Positions 50,845-63,977 of a stretch of 64,000 bases of DNA are shown here, piece after piece (within the stretch, counting starts at the first letter, position 1; every line of letters starts with the position of its first letter). Below the pieces are notes generated by a model, which worked only from the letters and a program-made list of their open reading frames with translations, was not told the origin of the DNA and did not search any database. Position numbers and translations under genes: made by a program. The stretch is from Octopus sinensis (lineage: Eukaryota): positions 75,454,001 through 75,518,000 of the forward strand of contig NC_043001.1 of NCBI RefSeq assembly GCF_006345805.1, in the 5' to 3' direction.

Positions 50845-51285
50845 CCTTTCTACTAAAAACTCAAGGTCTGAAATTTGTGGAGAGGGGGTAAGTCGATCAC
50901 ATCGACCTCAGCATTTCACTGGTACTTAATTTATCGACCCCAAAATGATGAAAGTCGACCTCGGCGGAATTTGAACTCAGAACGTAGCAACGGGGGGAAT
51001 ACCGCTAAGCATATCTCCCAGCGTGCTAACGGTTCAGCAAGCTCCCTGCCTCGATAATAATAATAATTACTATTTCAAAGTTTTTCCTCAGGGGCAACTT
51101 GGGGGGAGTGGAGATGAGTCGATTGCATCGACCCTAGTGTTTAACTGGTACTTATTTTATCGACCCCGAAAGGATGATAGGCAAAGCCGACCTCGGCGGA
51201 ATTTGAGCTCAGAAGGTAAGGACGGACGAAATGCCGTTGAGCGTTCTGCCCGGCGTGCTAACGATTCTGCCATATCTCCGCCTTG
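50845..51285 (-). mobile_element. Two family-B SINE copies
   Basis: Reverse-complement bodies with atttatcgacccc…gtcgacctcggcggaatttgaactcagaacg. Confidence 0.85.
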
Positions 51286-51287
51286 AA

Positions 51288-51368
<81 letters not shown>

Positions 51369-51516
51369 TATCCTCCTAAAGTTTGCAGATTCTACACTTC
51401 ACTTAACAGAAACACGCTTTATATAAAGAAAACAATTCTATATGAACATTAATATCTGTAATAGGATTTATTAAAACAACATCGTTGTAAGTGATAAGGT
51501 GTTATTGCTACTACTG

Positions 51517-51593
<77 letters not shown>

Positions 51594-51595
51594 GT
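51288..51595. repeat. (AAT)n at 51288-51369 and (CTA)n at ~51505-51595
   Basis: Directly visible. Confidence 0.97.
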
Positions 51596-51889
51596 TCTAC
51601 ATCTATTGTGTAAACATTACAAGGCAACTATATCTGTAGCTGCCGAAATTTCAAAAGGAATAATAATAATAAAAGAAAAACAATGTTCACACAGACAAAG
51701 GAGAAGAATACAAGTTCTCATCGCCACTGTTAACGGAATAAAATACCTGAATGGGATACGTATATATTTATATATACACACACTCTGTGAAAATGTACCA
51801 CTAGTAACAGAGAATCTTTGGTACAAGGGTGTGGAAAGAGTTTACAGATGATGTTATAGTTTACAAACTATATCGTATTTTTAATGCCT

Positions 51890-52355
51890 GGTTCTTCTTC
51901 GTCTCTTTCTTTGTCTCCTTCTTCTTCTTCTTCTTCTTCTTCTTCTTCTTCTTCTTCTTCTTTCCCTGCGGCACCCCGTTATCCTCCTCCTCCCTTCCCC
52001 CTCCTCCTCTTCCTTCCTTTTCTTCTTCTTACGTATTCTTCTTCTTCTTCTTCTGCTTCCTCTTCTTCTTCTTCTTCTTCTTCTGCTTCCTCTTCTTCTT
52101 CTTCTTCTTCTTCTTCTTCTTCTCTTCCTCCTCCTCCTCCCCTCCTCCCTCTTCTCCGCCTCCTCCGCTTCTTACTCCTCCTCCTCCTCCTTCTCCTTCC
52201 CTCCTCTTCTCTTTCGTTTTCTTCATCTCATTGTCTTCTCCCCTTCATCTTTTTCGTCTTCTCCTTTCCTCCCCTTTTCCTTCCTTTCCTCTTTTCCGCC
52301 TCCTTCTACTCCTAGTCCTCATCCTTCTCCTTCCCCTCCTCTCCCTTCTTTAGAT
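51890..52355. repeat. Polypyrimidine (CTT/CCT)n tract
   Basis: Directly visible. It explains the poly-F/S/P ORFs. Confidence 0.97.
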
Positions 52356-52583
52356 TTCTTCCCTCATATAATAAACCTTACAACATCGTTGAATATAAAG
52401 ATCCGATGACAGTCAAAACAAATCTTCGGTTGACTTTTGTAATTTGTTTTTATTTCTGCACGTTTATGTCTCCACAATTTATTTACAGTGATATGAGTGT
52501 GTGTGTGTGATGTGTGTGAATCTTTGATTATGCATCAGTATATAAACATGTAAATTCGTGAGACTATTTCCATATACGTATAC

Positions 52584-52616
<33 letters not shown>

Positions 52617-52835
52617 TATATATGTATATATAATCACACATACACACACACATATATATATACATGTACATGCACATATATGTTTATGTTCCTATGCGTG
52701 TATTGAGTTGACGGAAATAACAAAATGAAATACGCATGATCAATTATTTACCAGGGACCGTACTTAGTGTGATTAACATTATTTTAACCATATTATACAT
52801 CGCTGTGAACATTCTATTCTAACAGGATAACAATC

Positions 52836-52908
52836 ATGGCTAACTTACCAGGGAGCTACCATAGTATACAAGTTACTCTATGCATTGGATTATTGGTCTT
52901 AACAGACT
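52836..52908 (+). CDS. First coding exon (exon 52826-52908) of an unidentified, probably secreted or membrane protein: MANLPGSYHSIQVTLCIGLLVLTD
   Basis: Acceptor attctattctaacag|, Kozak-like atcATGg, hydrophobic core IQVTLCIGLLVL, donor act|GTAAGT, phase 1. Confidence 0.7.
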
Positions 52909-53406
52909 GTAAGTATAAGAAACTTTACAATTTCAGTTAACTTTTAAATTACGTTATTTAAACTTTAAGTTATTTTCGTTGTCTGAATTTCTAATTGTTA
53001 TTAAATTCCCATAAGGGATTAAAGGGAAGAAGTATGCAAAGTATCTTAGATCTGTCTATATAATACTGAGTTAATTGATTTAGGCAGGCAACTAAATTTT
53101 GGGTGCTACAAAATTGTTGTTGTATTCGCTGACCTTTCTGTACTACTGGTATTTATGTTGTAGGCAAATGAATTATTAGAAGAGATTTTCAAGTGCTTTT
53201 TTTAAAAATCTGTAATGTAGTTGAATTCTATGTACGCGCACTCTTGTTTCTGGGTGTGTGCGTGTACGTGTATAAAGGATATTTATCTCTTATTGGATGG
53301 AGTATATTTTTGTTGATCCTGCTAATAGCGGCACAGTCCAACACACACACATACACACACACACACACACATACACACACACACACATACACACACATAC
53401 ACACAC

Positions 53407-53489
<83 letters not shown>

Positions 53490-53714
53490 TAATAATAATA
53501 ATAAAAAGTGACAACAAAAGAATGAGACCTCGATATTAGGTAAACAGAGGAATATTTATATACGTATGGTTTCGGACAACCGGTAAGTTGTCATAATAGT
53601 ACTAATACAATTGTTTGTTTGTATTCCACCTGCCTTCGTCTTTTGTTATTTCCGTAAACCTGCCTTCGTCTTTTTTTTCATAAAGCTTCCCGTTATATAA
53701 ATTTATATATATAT

Positions 53715-53761
<47 letters not shown>

Positions 53762-53842
53762 TACATATACATATATATTATATATATATATGTAATATAT
53801 ATATATTATATATATATGTAACATATATATATTATATATATG

Positions 53843-53879
<37 letters not shown>

Positions 53880-53889
<10 letters not shown>

Positions 53890-54186
53890 TATATATTATA
53901 TATATATGTAATATATATATATGTAACATATATAAAAATTTAATATATATATATATATATTATATATATGTAATATATACTCTTTTACTTGTTTCAATCA
54001 TTTGACTGGGGCCATGCTGGAGCACCGCCATTAGTCGAGCAAATCGACCCCGACTTATTCTTTGTAAGCCCAGTACTTATTCTATCGGTCTCTTTTTGCC
54101 GAACCGCTAAGTGACGGGGACGAAAACACACCAGCATCGGTTGTCAAGCAATGCTAGGTGGACAAACACAGACACACAAACACACG

Positions 54187-54226
<40 letters not shown>

Positions 54227-54417
54227 TACGACAGGCTTCCTTCAGTTTCCGTCTACCAAAACCACTCACAAGGCATTGGTCAGCCCGGGGCTATAGCAGA
54301 AGACACTTGCCCAAGATGCCACGCAGTGGGACTGAACCCGGAACCATATATATATATATGTAATATATGTATATATATATATATATATGTACCTATGTTT
54401 GTACGTGTGCGTATATA

Positions 54418-54464
<47 letters not shown>

Positions 54465-54538
54465 ATATATATATATATATACACATATACATATATATTA
54501 TATATATATATTATATATATATGTAACATATATAAAAA

Positions 54539-54573
<35 letters not shown>

Positions 54574-55049
54574 ATATATACTCTTTTACTTGTTTCAATC
54601 ATTTGACTGGGGCCATGCTGGAGCACCGCCATTAGTCGAGCAAATCGACCCCGGACTTATTCTTTGTAAGCCCAGTACTTATTCTATCGGTCTCTTTTTG
54701 CCGAACCGCTAAGTGACGGGGACGAAAACACACCAGCATCGGTTGTCAAGCAATGCTAGGTGGACAAACACAGACACACAAACACACGCACACATACATA
54801 TATATATATATATATAATATATATATATATACATATATACGACAGGCTTCCTTCAGTTTCCGTCTACCAAAACCACTCACAAGGCATTGGTCAGCCCGGG
54901 GCTATAGCAGAAGACACTTGCCCAAGATGCCACGCAGTGGGACTGAACCCGGAACCATATATATATATATGTAATATATGTATATATATATATATAATAT
55001 GTACCTATGTTTGTACGTGTGCGTATATATGCATATATATATATATATA

Positions 55050-55080
<31 letters not shown>
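53880..55080 (+). repeat. Near-identical ~600-bp tandem duplication containing an inverted family-A SINE
   Basis: Period 600-601 (e.g. ctcttttacttg at 53980 and 54581). Copies share private variants and differ mainly in (TA)n length and one indel. Confidence 0.92.
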
Positions 55081-55090
<10 letters not shown>

Positions 55091-55091
55091 A

Positions 55092-55126
<35 letters not shown>

Positions 55127-55401
55127 GCTCACATGGCGGAGATGCAAACGTAACCCTCCCCCCTTTAATTTCTTTTCCAGAATCCCATGTTTTAGGCTAC
55201 AGAGATTCCGATTCTGAAAAAAAAATTTTCAAAAATCGGAGCCACAAAGTTTCCATCCACCCATCCCACCTCTCCATTTCTTCATTTTTCCCAGATGTCA
55301 AGTGATGTTGGAGGGACAAACACAGACACACTTTCATACATACATACATACATACATACATACATACATACATACATACATACATACATACATACACACA
55401 C

Positions 55402-55442
<41 letters not shown>

Positions 55443-55954
55443 TTATATATATATATATACATATACGTATATACGATGGGCTTCTTTCAGTTTCCGTCTA
55501 CCAAATCCACTCACAAGTCTTTGGTCAGCTCAAGGCTATAGTAGAAGACACCTACCGAAGGTGCCACGCAGTGGGACTGAACCCGAAACCATGTGGTTGG
55601 TAAATAAGCTACTTATCACACAGCCACTCATGCTCCTATTATATTATATATACATGCATACACAAACACTCACACACACACTCACACACGCACACACACA
55701 CACACATACGAATGAGTAAGCAAGCGAAAGAAAGCAGCATTCAACATGTTTGCTAAGAATTGCATTATTAAAAACAGTTTGATTCGTCTCCTACGTGCGT
55801 ACGAAAGTGTTATTAAACATATACATATATATCTATGTGTTTGTGTGTGTGTGTTTGTCATGTGGATGCATGCATGCATATATGTATGTATGTATAAATC
55901 TTTCTATATTTCTGTGTTTGCGCGCGCGCGTATTCACTCGGTTTTACAGTATAG

Positions 55955-57030
55955 GTGAATTACAATTTGATTTCCAAAAGTTTTGAGACTTTTTAGGAGT
56001 GACATTTATTGATCTGAAAAAGTATAAAACTCTAATTTTCTCTAATAAAACTCTAAATAACATCTTCTTACTTTAATGCATTCGTTCCACCACTCCATCC
56101 AATTCATGGAAGTCCTTCGAATGAAAAGTGTCCAGGATCCTTGTCACAGCTTCATTCATCTTCTGAATGTCTTGAAAATGACAGTCGGTGAGGTTGTCCT
56201 TCAGCTAGCAGTATAATCGAAAGTTACAGCGAGGAAGCCCTGGACTGTAGGGAAAGGGAGGGACAGTTTTGATACCCAACTCTCTCACATATTTTGTTAA
56301 CATGTTGGAATTGTGAACTGGTGCATTGTCCTGGTGCAGGCATACCGACCCGAATGGACGTACTCTGGCCTGTGCGAGAAATCTCTGAATTCCTTCAAAA
56401 TCTCCACAAAATACTCTTTGTTGACCGTCTGGCCAGAGGTTGATCCAGTGGATGTAGATGATGCCCTTTCTGCCGAAAAAGGGGGCCATCATGAGCTTCC
56501 AGGTGGACTTGCCTTGCTCGGACTTCTTGGGTCTGGAAGAGCAGTGATGCCTCCATTGGGTACTTCTCTTGGTTTCTGAATCATAACATTACACCCATCT
56601 TTCGCCACAGGTTCCCAGAGATTAAAGTATTCTTGGACTAGAGGTAATGAACTCAACCACCTCCCTGCTGTCAACAACGCTCTTTTCTTTCTGTCTGTCC
56701 TTGAGAACCCTGAGAACAAACTTTAAACAAATTTTGCGCATGTTCAGATCTTCGTGAATAATCCTGTGTACAGTTGGCACACTGTATGCTTATTGTTTTT
56801 ATCGACACACGACGTTCGTCATCCAGAAAAGTGCAAATTTTCTCAGCCATCTCTGATGCGCTGACTCTTTCACCCTCCTACATTTCTCATCGTCTCTCAC
56901 CTCCTCTCTACCATTCTTGATCCTCTTCTGCATGGGGGAAATAGATACTTAGCTCGTACAAGATATTTCAAAAGCAATCTGAGGCATTTCATAACTTTCT
57001 GGAGCGTCTTTATCCAGTTTAGCACAAAAT
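55955..57030 (-). mobile_element. mariner (irritans-like) copy, decayed
   Basis: MMAPFFGRKGIIYIHW, LHQDNAPVHNS, GIKTVPPFPYSPGL, KKRALLTAGRWL. Stops and frameshifts. Confidence 0.85.
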
Positions 57031-57099
57031 AGTGAGCTTCTAAGTAGTCTTTACGTCGTGACAGCATCCTGTAAAATAGTCAGCTGTGACCAACAGTGT

Positions 57100-57390
57100 T
57101 TTAGTATTCTTTTACTTGTTTCACTCATAATTTACTGTGGCCATGTTGGAGCACCACCTTTTTGGTCGAAGAGATCGACCCCAGGACTTAGTCTTTGTAA
57201 GTTTGGTAATTATTCAATAGGTTTGTTTTGCCGAGCCGCTAGGTTACGGGGAACTAAACACACCAACATCGGTTGTCAAGTAATGGTCGGGGAACAAACA
57301 CAGACACAAACACAAACACAGAAATATAGCCTCGGACCGACCAAAGCCTTGTGAGTGGATTTAATAGACGGAAACTGAAAGAAGCCCGTC

Positions 57391-57471
<81 letters not shown>

Positions 57472-57850
57472 TGTGTGTATGTGTGTGTGTGTATTTGTGT
57501 GTCTGTGTTTGTCCCTCCAACATCACTTGACAACCGATGCTGGTGTGTTTACGTCCCCGTAACATAGCGGTTCGGCAAAAGAGACCGATAGAGTAAGTAC
57601 TAGGCTTACAAAGAATAAGTCCTGGTGCCGATTTGCACGACTAAAGGCGGTGCTCCAGCATGAACAAGTAAAGAATAAAAAGAGTAATATATATATATAT
57701 ACATATGACGGTCTTCTTTCAGTTTCCGTCTACCAAATCCACTCACAAGGCTTTGGTCGGTCCGAGGCTATAGTAGAAAACATTTTCCCAAGGTGCCACC
57801 CGGAACAATGAGGTTGCGAAACAAGCTTCTCACCACGCAGCCACGACTGT
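57100..57850. mobile_element. Cluster of family-A SINE halves in alternating orientation
   Basis: Minus 3' body (~57100-57310), plus head remnant (~57325-57395), plus 3' body (~57495-57685), minus head (~57705-57850). Confidence 0.85.
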
Positions 57851-58529
57851 GCCAAGTAGTGTATGTTCAAAGTTTTGTTATGGCTTTCTCCTTCAATTTG
57901 GAATAAAACGTTAGCAGATCACCTTATTACATAACTTTTAATGATATACTAATATTGCAGTAATCTAGGACAGTTATACCTGTCTCTCCTAAAACAGGAA
58001 TTCATGCTGTAGTATGCTACAACGTTAGTATCGCATTAAATATTATATGTTTACAAAATTGGGTGGTTGAAGAGAAAATAAAATCTGGCAAAATTCTAAA
58101 CATTAAGTTTTAACATTTGACACCGCCAGACATTTAGTAATTACTTTTCCGATTGCACCAACCTTTGTAATATTTATACTTTATTGACAGAACAATATGC
58201 TTAGCGACATTTCTTCCGGCTCTTTTCATTCTGAGTTCAAATCCACTGGGATCGAGTTATACTCTCATCCTTTCTAGGTCGATAAAATAAGTACCAGTTG
58301 AGCACTGGTTTCGATGTAATCGACTAAAAACGTTGTGCTAAAATTTGAAACAGTAGGCGCAGGCGTGGCAGTGTGCTTAGAAAAATTTCCCCAACGACAT
58401 GGTTCCGGGTTCAGTCCCACTGCGTGTGCGTGGCACCTTGAGCAAGTGTCTTCTACTATAGCCTCGGGCCAACCAAAGCCCTGTGAATGAATTTGGTAGA
58501 CGGAAACTAAAGAAGTTTGTCGTATGTAG

Positions 58530-58740
58530 ATATATAATATAAAATCCGTTCTGTCTATGTGTATGTCTTCTAGGATCTCGGGCATCTCCATCCGATTGCG
58601 CTCAAATTTCATGTGAAGATATCAACGGTATCAGGGCGTGTATTAGTCTTGAAAAAATTGCAAAAATCGATTCCAGGTGAGAATGCGATCGATAAAGCAT
58701 TCTTTGGAATAGAAAAAAGTCTATCTTTATTTCTTCTTTT
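58530..58740 (+). mobile_element. Probable non-autonomous Helitron 5' segment
   Basis: atataaaatccgttctgtct…tgtatgtc…ccgattgcgctcaaattt layout, typical of Helitron-N 5' ends as recalled. Confidence 0.45.
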
Positions 58741-58876
58741 GCTGGTGTCTCAAATTTAGCTTAAATCAGTGTTTCTTAAAGGCGAGGCGTATGGGAGGTC
58801 GAACAAGTTTTGAGAAAATTTGATTTAAATGTTTGACAACTCAGCACCGTTCATCGGATGGGGGACGTTTTGCTGG

Positions 58877-58909
<33 letters not shown>

Positions 58910-58959
58910 CACTCACACATACATACATACATACATACATACATACATACATACATACA

Positions 58960-58994
<35 letters not shown>

Positions 58995-59007
58995 GTGTTA
59001 TATATAT

Positions 59008-59087
<80 letters not shown>

Positions 59088-60479
59088 TGTATGTATGTGT
59101 GAGTGTAGTGTGTGTGTGTGTGTGAATGTGTGCGCGCGATTTGTGTGTGCTTGTGTTTGTTGTGTGGGTTCAAAGACCACCAGAGTCCTTTTTGCGTTCA
59201 ATTGCAGCAGTATAAATAGAAGAATCATCAGTATCATAATACTGAAAATATTCGTAGGAGAACTTTAGTGAATCTAATATAATGCATACTTCTTCTACTG
59301 CCTATGCAACCTGCTAATTTATTATTGATGAAGTGTGATAGTTTATAGTGATGTAAAAGAATACCCGTCATTAATCGAGAATATCGATTTTTTGTCAGAA
59401 ACTTAGAAGGATGGAGGTGTAAATTGTAGCGAGCTGAGTCTTGAGAAACCGATCTATCGTCAGAAAGCTCGATGGTTCCTGCCATGCTACTGTGATTCTT
59501 TCGTTTTCAAGATAAAAGCGCAGAACTCTCACTGACTCGGTCCACCAAGTTACACCTTAAAGCTGCAATCAGCAAAAAGACAGTTGTAAACATTGTCTAA
59601 ATCATTTATTTTAAACTATTTAGAACTGTTATTCTCTTCTCTTACTTGTATTTGTGACCTACACATTCATAATGCCTTTCTCGCCCATAAATACAATCTT
59701 TAAATTCCTACCAGCCCATGATAACATAATATCTCAGCTGACATTTAATATACTTCAGAGTAAAGTCATCTCTACGAATTTCACAAAATATCTAGAATTT
59801 CAAGAAGAGATGTCAGACAACTGTTAATCTTAGGACCGTCCCTCTTGTTTGGAAAGTTTTACCTGATACTCAATTGAAACTATTACATGGGTGATTGGAA
59901 ATTCATTTAGATATATCTCGCTTGAACCGGTAAACTATAAACGGTTCCAACATAACTGTACCACTGTTGCAGAGACAAACATTACTGTTTGCACTGCTTA
60001 GTGGATATCATCATCAACCATTGGAAAACATCGTCCGTTATTAAAACCCAAGATGAACACTCAGAGGAGAAAGGTTTTTTTCTGTATCGCAAGTGGCTCC
60101 CTAGTAATGCCTGCAAATTTACTCACTGCTCGGTTTCTGTTCAAATTCTATTAAAACATCTTTGTCATGGTAATTTCGGCTTGAAAAGCTCCTACAAGCA
60201 TTTTTCAACCCAAGATCCTTGGATAAATGTGCCTATTGCAGAAAATGTTGCATTTAATGAAGTCTTCACACCTTCATCAGTTTCTACACAAAACACACAC
60301 CTGTAATTACGCATGCGTCCATACATATTAGCATGTTTGTGTGTGTATATGCGCGCGCGCATGTATATGTATGTGTGTGTGTATATAGGAGACCGCGCAA
60401 AACACATACGTATATACAAACACACGCATAGCCACCAAAATACCTGCTTCAATGTTCACGTCCAATATCTCAAAGATAA

Positions 60480-61540
60480 TAAAATTGTAACAAACGACCG
60501 CCCCTTTCCTACCACTGTCTGACAAAGGGATCATCTATCTCTACCATTTCTAAATCTCTGTCTAATTCTACAGCAGATTCTTTACTTTGGCAACTTCAGT
60601 CCATACCGCTGTTCAGTCCATACATCAGCCATGTTCTTGATCGAATCCGGCTCAACAACTTTCTGTCTTTGAACGCTATACTCGTACATGTTTCACTCCT
60701 CTGTATCTTGGAACAACCTTTTCCTGTTAAATGGCCCTATTTTAGTGTGTTTCAGTGGAACCTTCTCTTAACCACATTCCTTTAATTCATATCTGTCTTA
60801 ATTTTTAACACTCTTCTTTACATGCATTATACCGCTTGTCAGCCCTGTTTAGCGTCCCACTTACAGGCTTCTGGTAGACACATCAGCTAGTGGAGTATGT
60901 ACTATTTCTGGAAAAGTATAAGAACCAAACGATGTAATCTTTCATACTTCTACTACGCATTGATTAAAATAAATATGTAGATTAAACAAACATGCAACGC
61001 CGCAACCTTATTGACCCTGGACAAACATACATCTTCAAAGTTTTCAAGAGATTTGCTATCTCGCAGCCTGTCACAAATTTTAAAAACAACACGCGTTTAT
61101 AATATATCCAGCTCTGCATCACCAAAAGTGATTATTCACATCTAAAATAAACATTATTTCAGACAAGCGGATCTGGAAATGGTGTTGTAACTTATAGGCA
61201 AATCTTTTTCTGATTCTATAACAAATATCATACCAATTACATCCAATGTCTTTTCTCTGTTACTTCTAACACCCCAGATACAATGATTTTGGCATCTATG
61301 TACCCACCAACTGTGCACTGTTCAGTTCAGTTTGATGTTTTGATACTGACGAATTTCAGAGACTGTAAAAAAAGGGATTTGTTTTAAATAAGTAACTGGA
61401 ACTGCCTCAAAATTTTGGTTCATCGTTATCAGACGTCTTACTGTAACGCACACATCATACTTAGCTGTTGTACAAGGAGATAATTTTGTAGAAAGTACCA
61501 TGCTAAAAAGAAAGAAAGAAAGACCCATTAGTTGACAGAC
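60480..61540 (-). mobile_element. Decayed RTE-clade LINE (RT end to C-terminus)
   Basis: Broken frames: EACKWDAKQG…RRVLKIK (cf. YACETWTL…YRRILKI) and KDRKLLSRI…MD (cf. DDRKLK..MFGMMDG). Confidence 0.5.
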
Positions 61541-61589
61541 TTCATCATAGTTTCATTCGTCTTAACATGACTTAATATGCTTAAATACC

Positions 61590-61815
61590 TATTTATTACC
61601 CACAACGGGCTAAACACAGAGGGGACAAACAAGGACAGACATAGGTATTAAGTCGATTACATCGACCCCAGTGCGTAACTTGTACTTAATTTATCGACCT
61701 CGAAAGGATGAAAGACAAAGTCGACCTCGGCGGAATTTGAACTCACAACGTAACGCAGGCGAAATACCGCTAAGCATTTCGCCCGGCGTGCTAACGTTTC
61801 TGCCAGCTCGCCGCC
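61590..61815 (-). mobile_element. Young full-length family-B SINE with 17-bp target-site duplication
   Basis: TSD taatatgcttaaatacc at 61573-61589 and 61816-61832. Confidence 0.93.
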
Positions 61816-62071
61816 TAATATGCTTAAATACCAGTTCATGGTCTCTCTATGCTATAAGCAGTGCACATTGTAAGTAAGCATTCAGTCAGTTCATATCTTG
61901 GTTCATCAAAGCACACTTTTCCTAGAGATATTAGCCTACAGAAATCCTGGCTGGGCATTCGTACCAATCTTACCAGATGAGTTGGGACAGGAATGAGACT
62001 GTAGCGTACATGGTTTTGTTTCCCCACTCTTCACTAATCAATCAAATCACTATTTGAACGCATCTCACATC

Positions 62072-62146
62072 ACGTATGCTATCTATGCTATTTCTATGGG
62101 AATAGCCAGGACAGCATACGTAAATGCTATTCTCATGAGAATAGCA
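62072..62146. repeat. Nested palindromes (gctatt…aatagc units)
   Basis: acgtatgct/agcatacgt pair at 62072/62113. Perfect 22-bp palindrome tgctattctcatgagaatagca at 62125-62146. Confidence 0.9.
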
Positions 62147-62603
62147 CTCGTTTCCTATCTTTCCTAAAATATCAAAACTGTTCCGACAACTGAAGCACAC
62201 ATGCCTGTATAGTTAAGCTCACTTTAGAATCATTTAGTTTATGGTTCAGTCCCAATAGGTTAAATACTAAACATTTAAATATAAGTAAGGAGGTCGTTCT
62301 TTTCGAGTAAAACCGTCAAAGCGGTGCCCCAGCATGGTCACAGTCTAATGAGAGAAACAAGTAAAAGATGAAAGACAAAGATAAAGAATATCTGGTACAT
62401 CTACCTAAAAGGTAAACAAATGCTCTGACTACAAAAACATTGTACCCAGAAATAAAATTCAACTTGTACCGATTTGAATATATAACGTCTGAACATACTG
62501 TCTTGAAATTCAGATTGCCCGTATCTCAGACATCCAAGATGCCGCAGTTTGAAACTAATACTCCAACTTTAATAACAAATGCTAAGCCAAAACAAGAGAG
62601 TGG

Positions 62604-62900
62604 AGGCACATGGCTTAGTGGTTAGAGCAGCGGACTCACGGTCGAGGGATCGCGGGTTCGAATCTCAGAGCGGGCGATGTGTGTGTTTATGAGTGAAACA
62701 CCTAAACTCCACGCGGCTCCGGCAGAAGGTAATGGCGAACATCTGCTGACTCTTTCACCACTACTTCCTCTCACTCTATCCTCTTGCAGCTCACCTGCGA
62801 CGGACCGGCGTCCCGTCCAGGTGGGGAACCTATATGCCAAGGAAACCGGGAAACCGGCCCTATGTGCCAGGCATGGCTTGAGAGGGAACAAACAACAAAA
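62604..62900 (+). mobile_element. tRNA-derived SINE
   Basis: tggcttagtggttagagcagcggactcacgg…gggttcgaatctc; 3' part ggaaaccgggaaaccggcc. Confidence 0.85.
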
Positions 62901-63224
62901 CAAAAGAGGCGACAACCAAATCTTTATCAAATCACATACGACCACCTTTAAGAATTACATTCTAAATAATACAGTTGTATACATACTGAAATATTGATTA
63001 TAATTCTTCTCAATCAGGATTAACCTGAAGCTAAACAACATCAATAACACCAACAAGAAATAGAAACACTATAGTAGGTTTTCTTATTTCGCATTCACAT
63101 TTCGCAAGTCACATATTTCTTTCCCTCCTTTTCAAATATGCCACTAAATAATTCCACCTGTAGAATTCCCATCAAATCCTACTCTAACAGTCGAATGTAT
63201 ACTTAATGCCGTTATTCCTTATAG

Positions 63225-63266
63225 ACATCACCACCCAATTGAGTCTCGGTTCCAACAGTAATAACG
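63225..63266 (+). CDS. 42-nt phase 1-1 coding exon: (Y)ITTQLSLGSNSNN
   Basis: Acceptor gttattccttatag|, donor acg|GTAAGC. Keeps frame when spliced to 52908. Confidence 0.65.
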
Positions 63267-63329
63267 GTAAGCCTTTTCACAACGAACATTAATTTCGTCA
63301 TTTGGGAAATATTTCCGCTGATACAAAAA

Positions 63330-63365
63330 CACCTTTCTTTCTTTATTTCCTTCCGTCTTTCCTTC

Positions 63366-63412
<47 letters not shown>

Positions 63413-63590
63413 TCCCTCCTTCTTTCTTTCTTCCTTTCTTCTTTTTCTTCTTCTTCTTCTTCTTCTTCTTCTTCTTCTTCTTCTTCTTCCTCCTTCTCCT
63501 CATGCTCCTCCTTCTCCTCCTTCGTCGTCTTCTTCTTCTTCTTCTTCTTTTTCTTCTTCTTCTTCTTCTTCTTCTTCTTCTTCTTCTTCT
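63330..63590. repeat. (CTTT)n/(CTT)n polypyrimidine tract
   Basis: Directly visible. Confidence 0.97.
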
Positions 63591-63977
63591 ATTAACCAAA
63601 CCGTCTTTCTCTGATCTTCAACCAATCTAGCAATATTATGGTATTATATTACGCTCTCAGTTACTTTACCCACGCAAACTCATCAACGACTCTCTCCTCC
63701 TTAATGTCATCTCTCATGAATTTATTATTATCATTATTGTTATTTTTATTATTCATGATTTGAGAAAAAGTATACATCAAGAGTTTCGATTCTTCAAAAC
63801 GAATTATACGTGTTGGAATCCATGCAGGTTGTGTGATGTGTGCAAATTTATGTTTTGTTTCTGTATCTTCTATTACATTAAAAGTATTTTTGTAATATAT
63901 ATATGCCCTCTTAGAAGAGTAGTGTTCTGAATATTGTGTATATATGTATGAAATAGGTTCAAATTTTGTATTTTCAG

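Noticed and set aside
51690-51750. Minus-strand peptide SGDENLYSSPLSV resembling the serpin 'N..FSP.S' motif
   Set aside because: A stop follows immediately, there is no good donor, and there is no other serpin sequence.
51829-52353. 174-aa and 143-aa poly-F/S/P ORFs, and the 63228-63599 poly-R/K ORF
   Set aside because: They are produced by (CTT/CCT)n tracts, with no coding complexity.
57998-58023. 26-nt exon candidate (cag|…|gttagt) reading GIHAVVCYN
   Set aside because: Splicing from 52908 creates TGA at the junction, the length is not a multiple of 3, and the donor is non-optimal.
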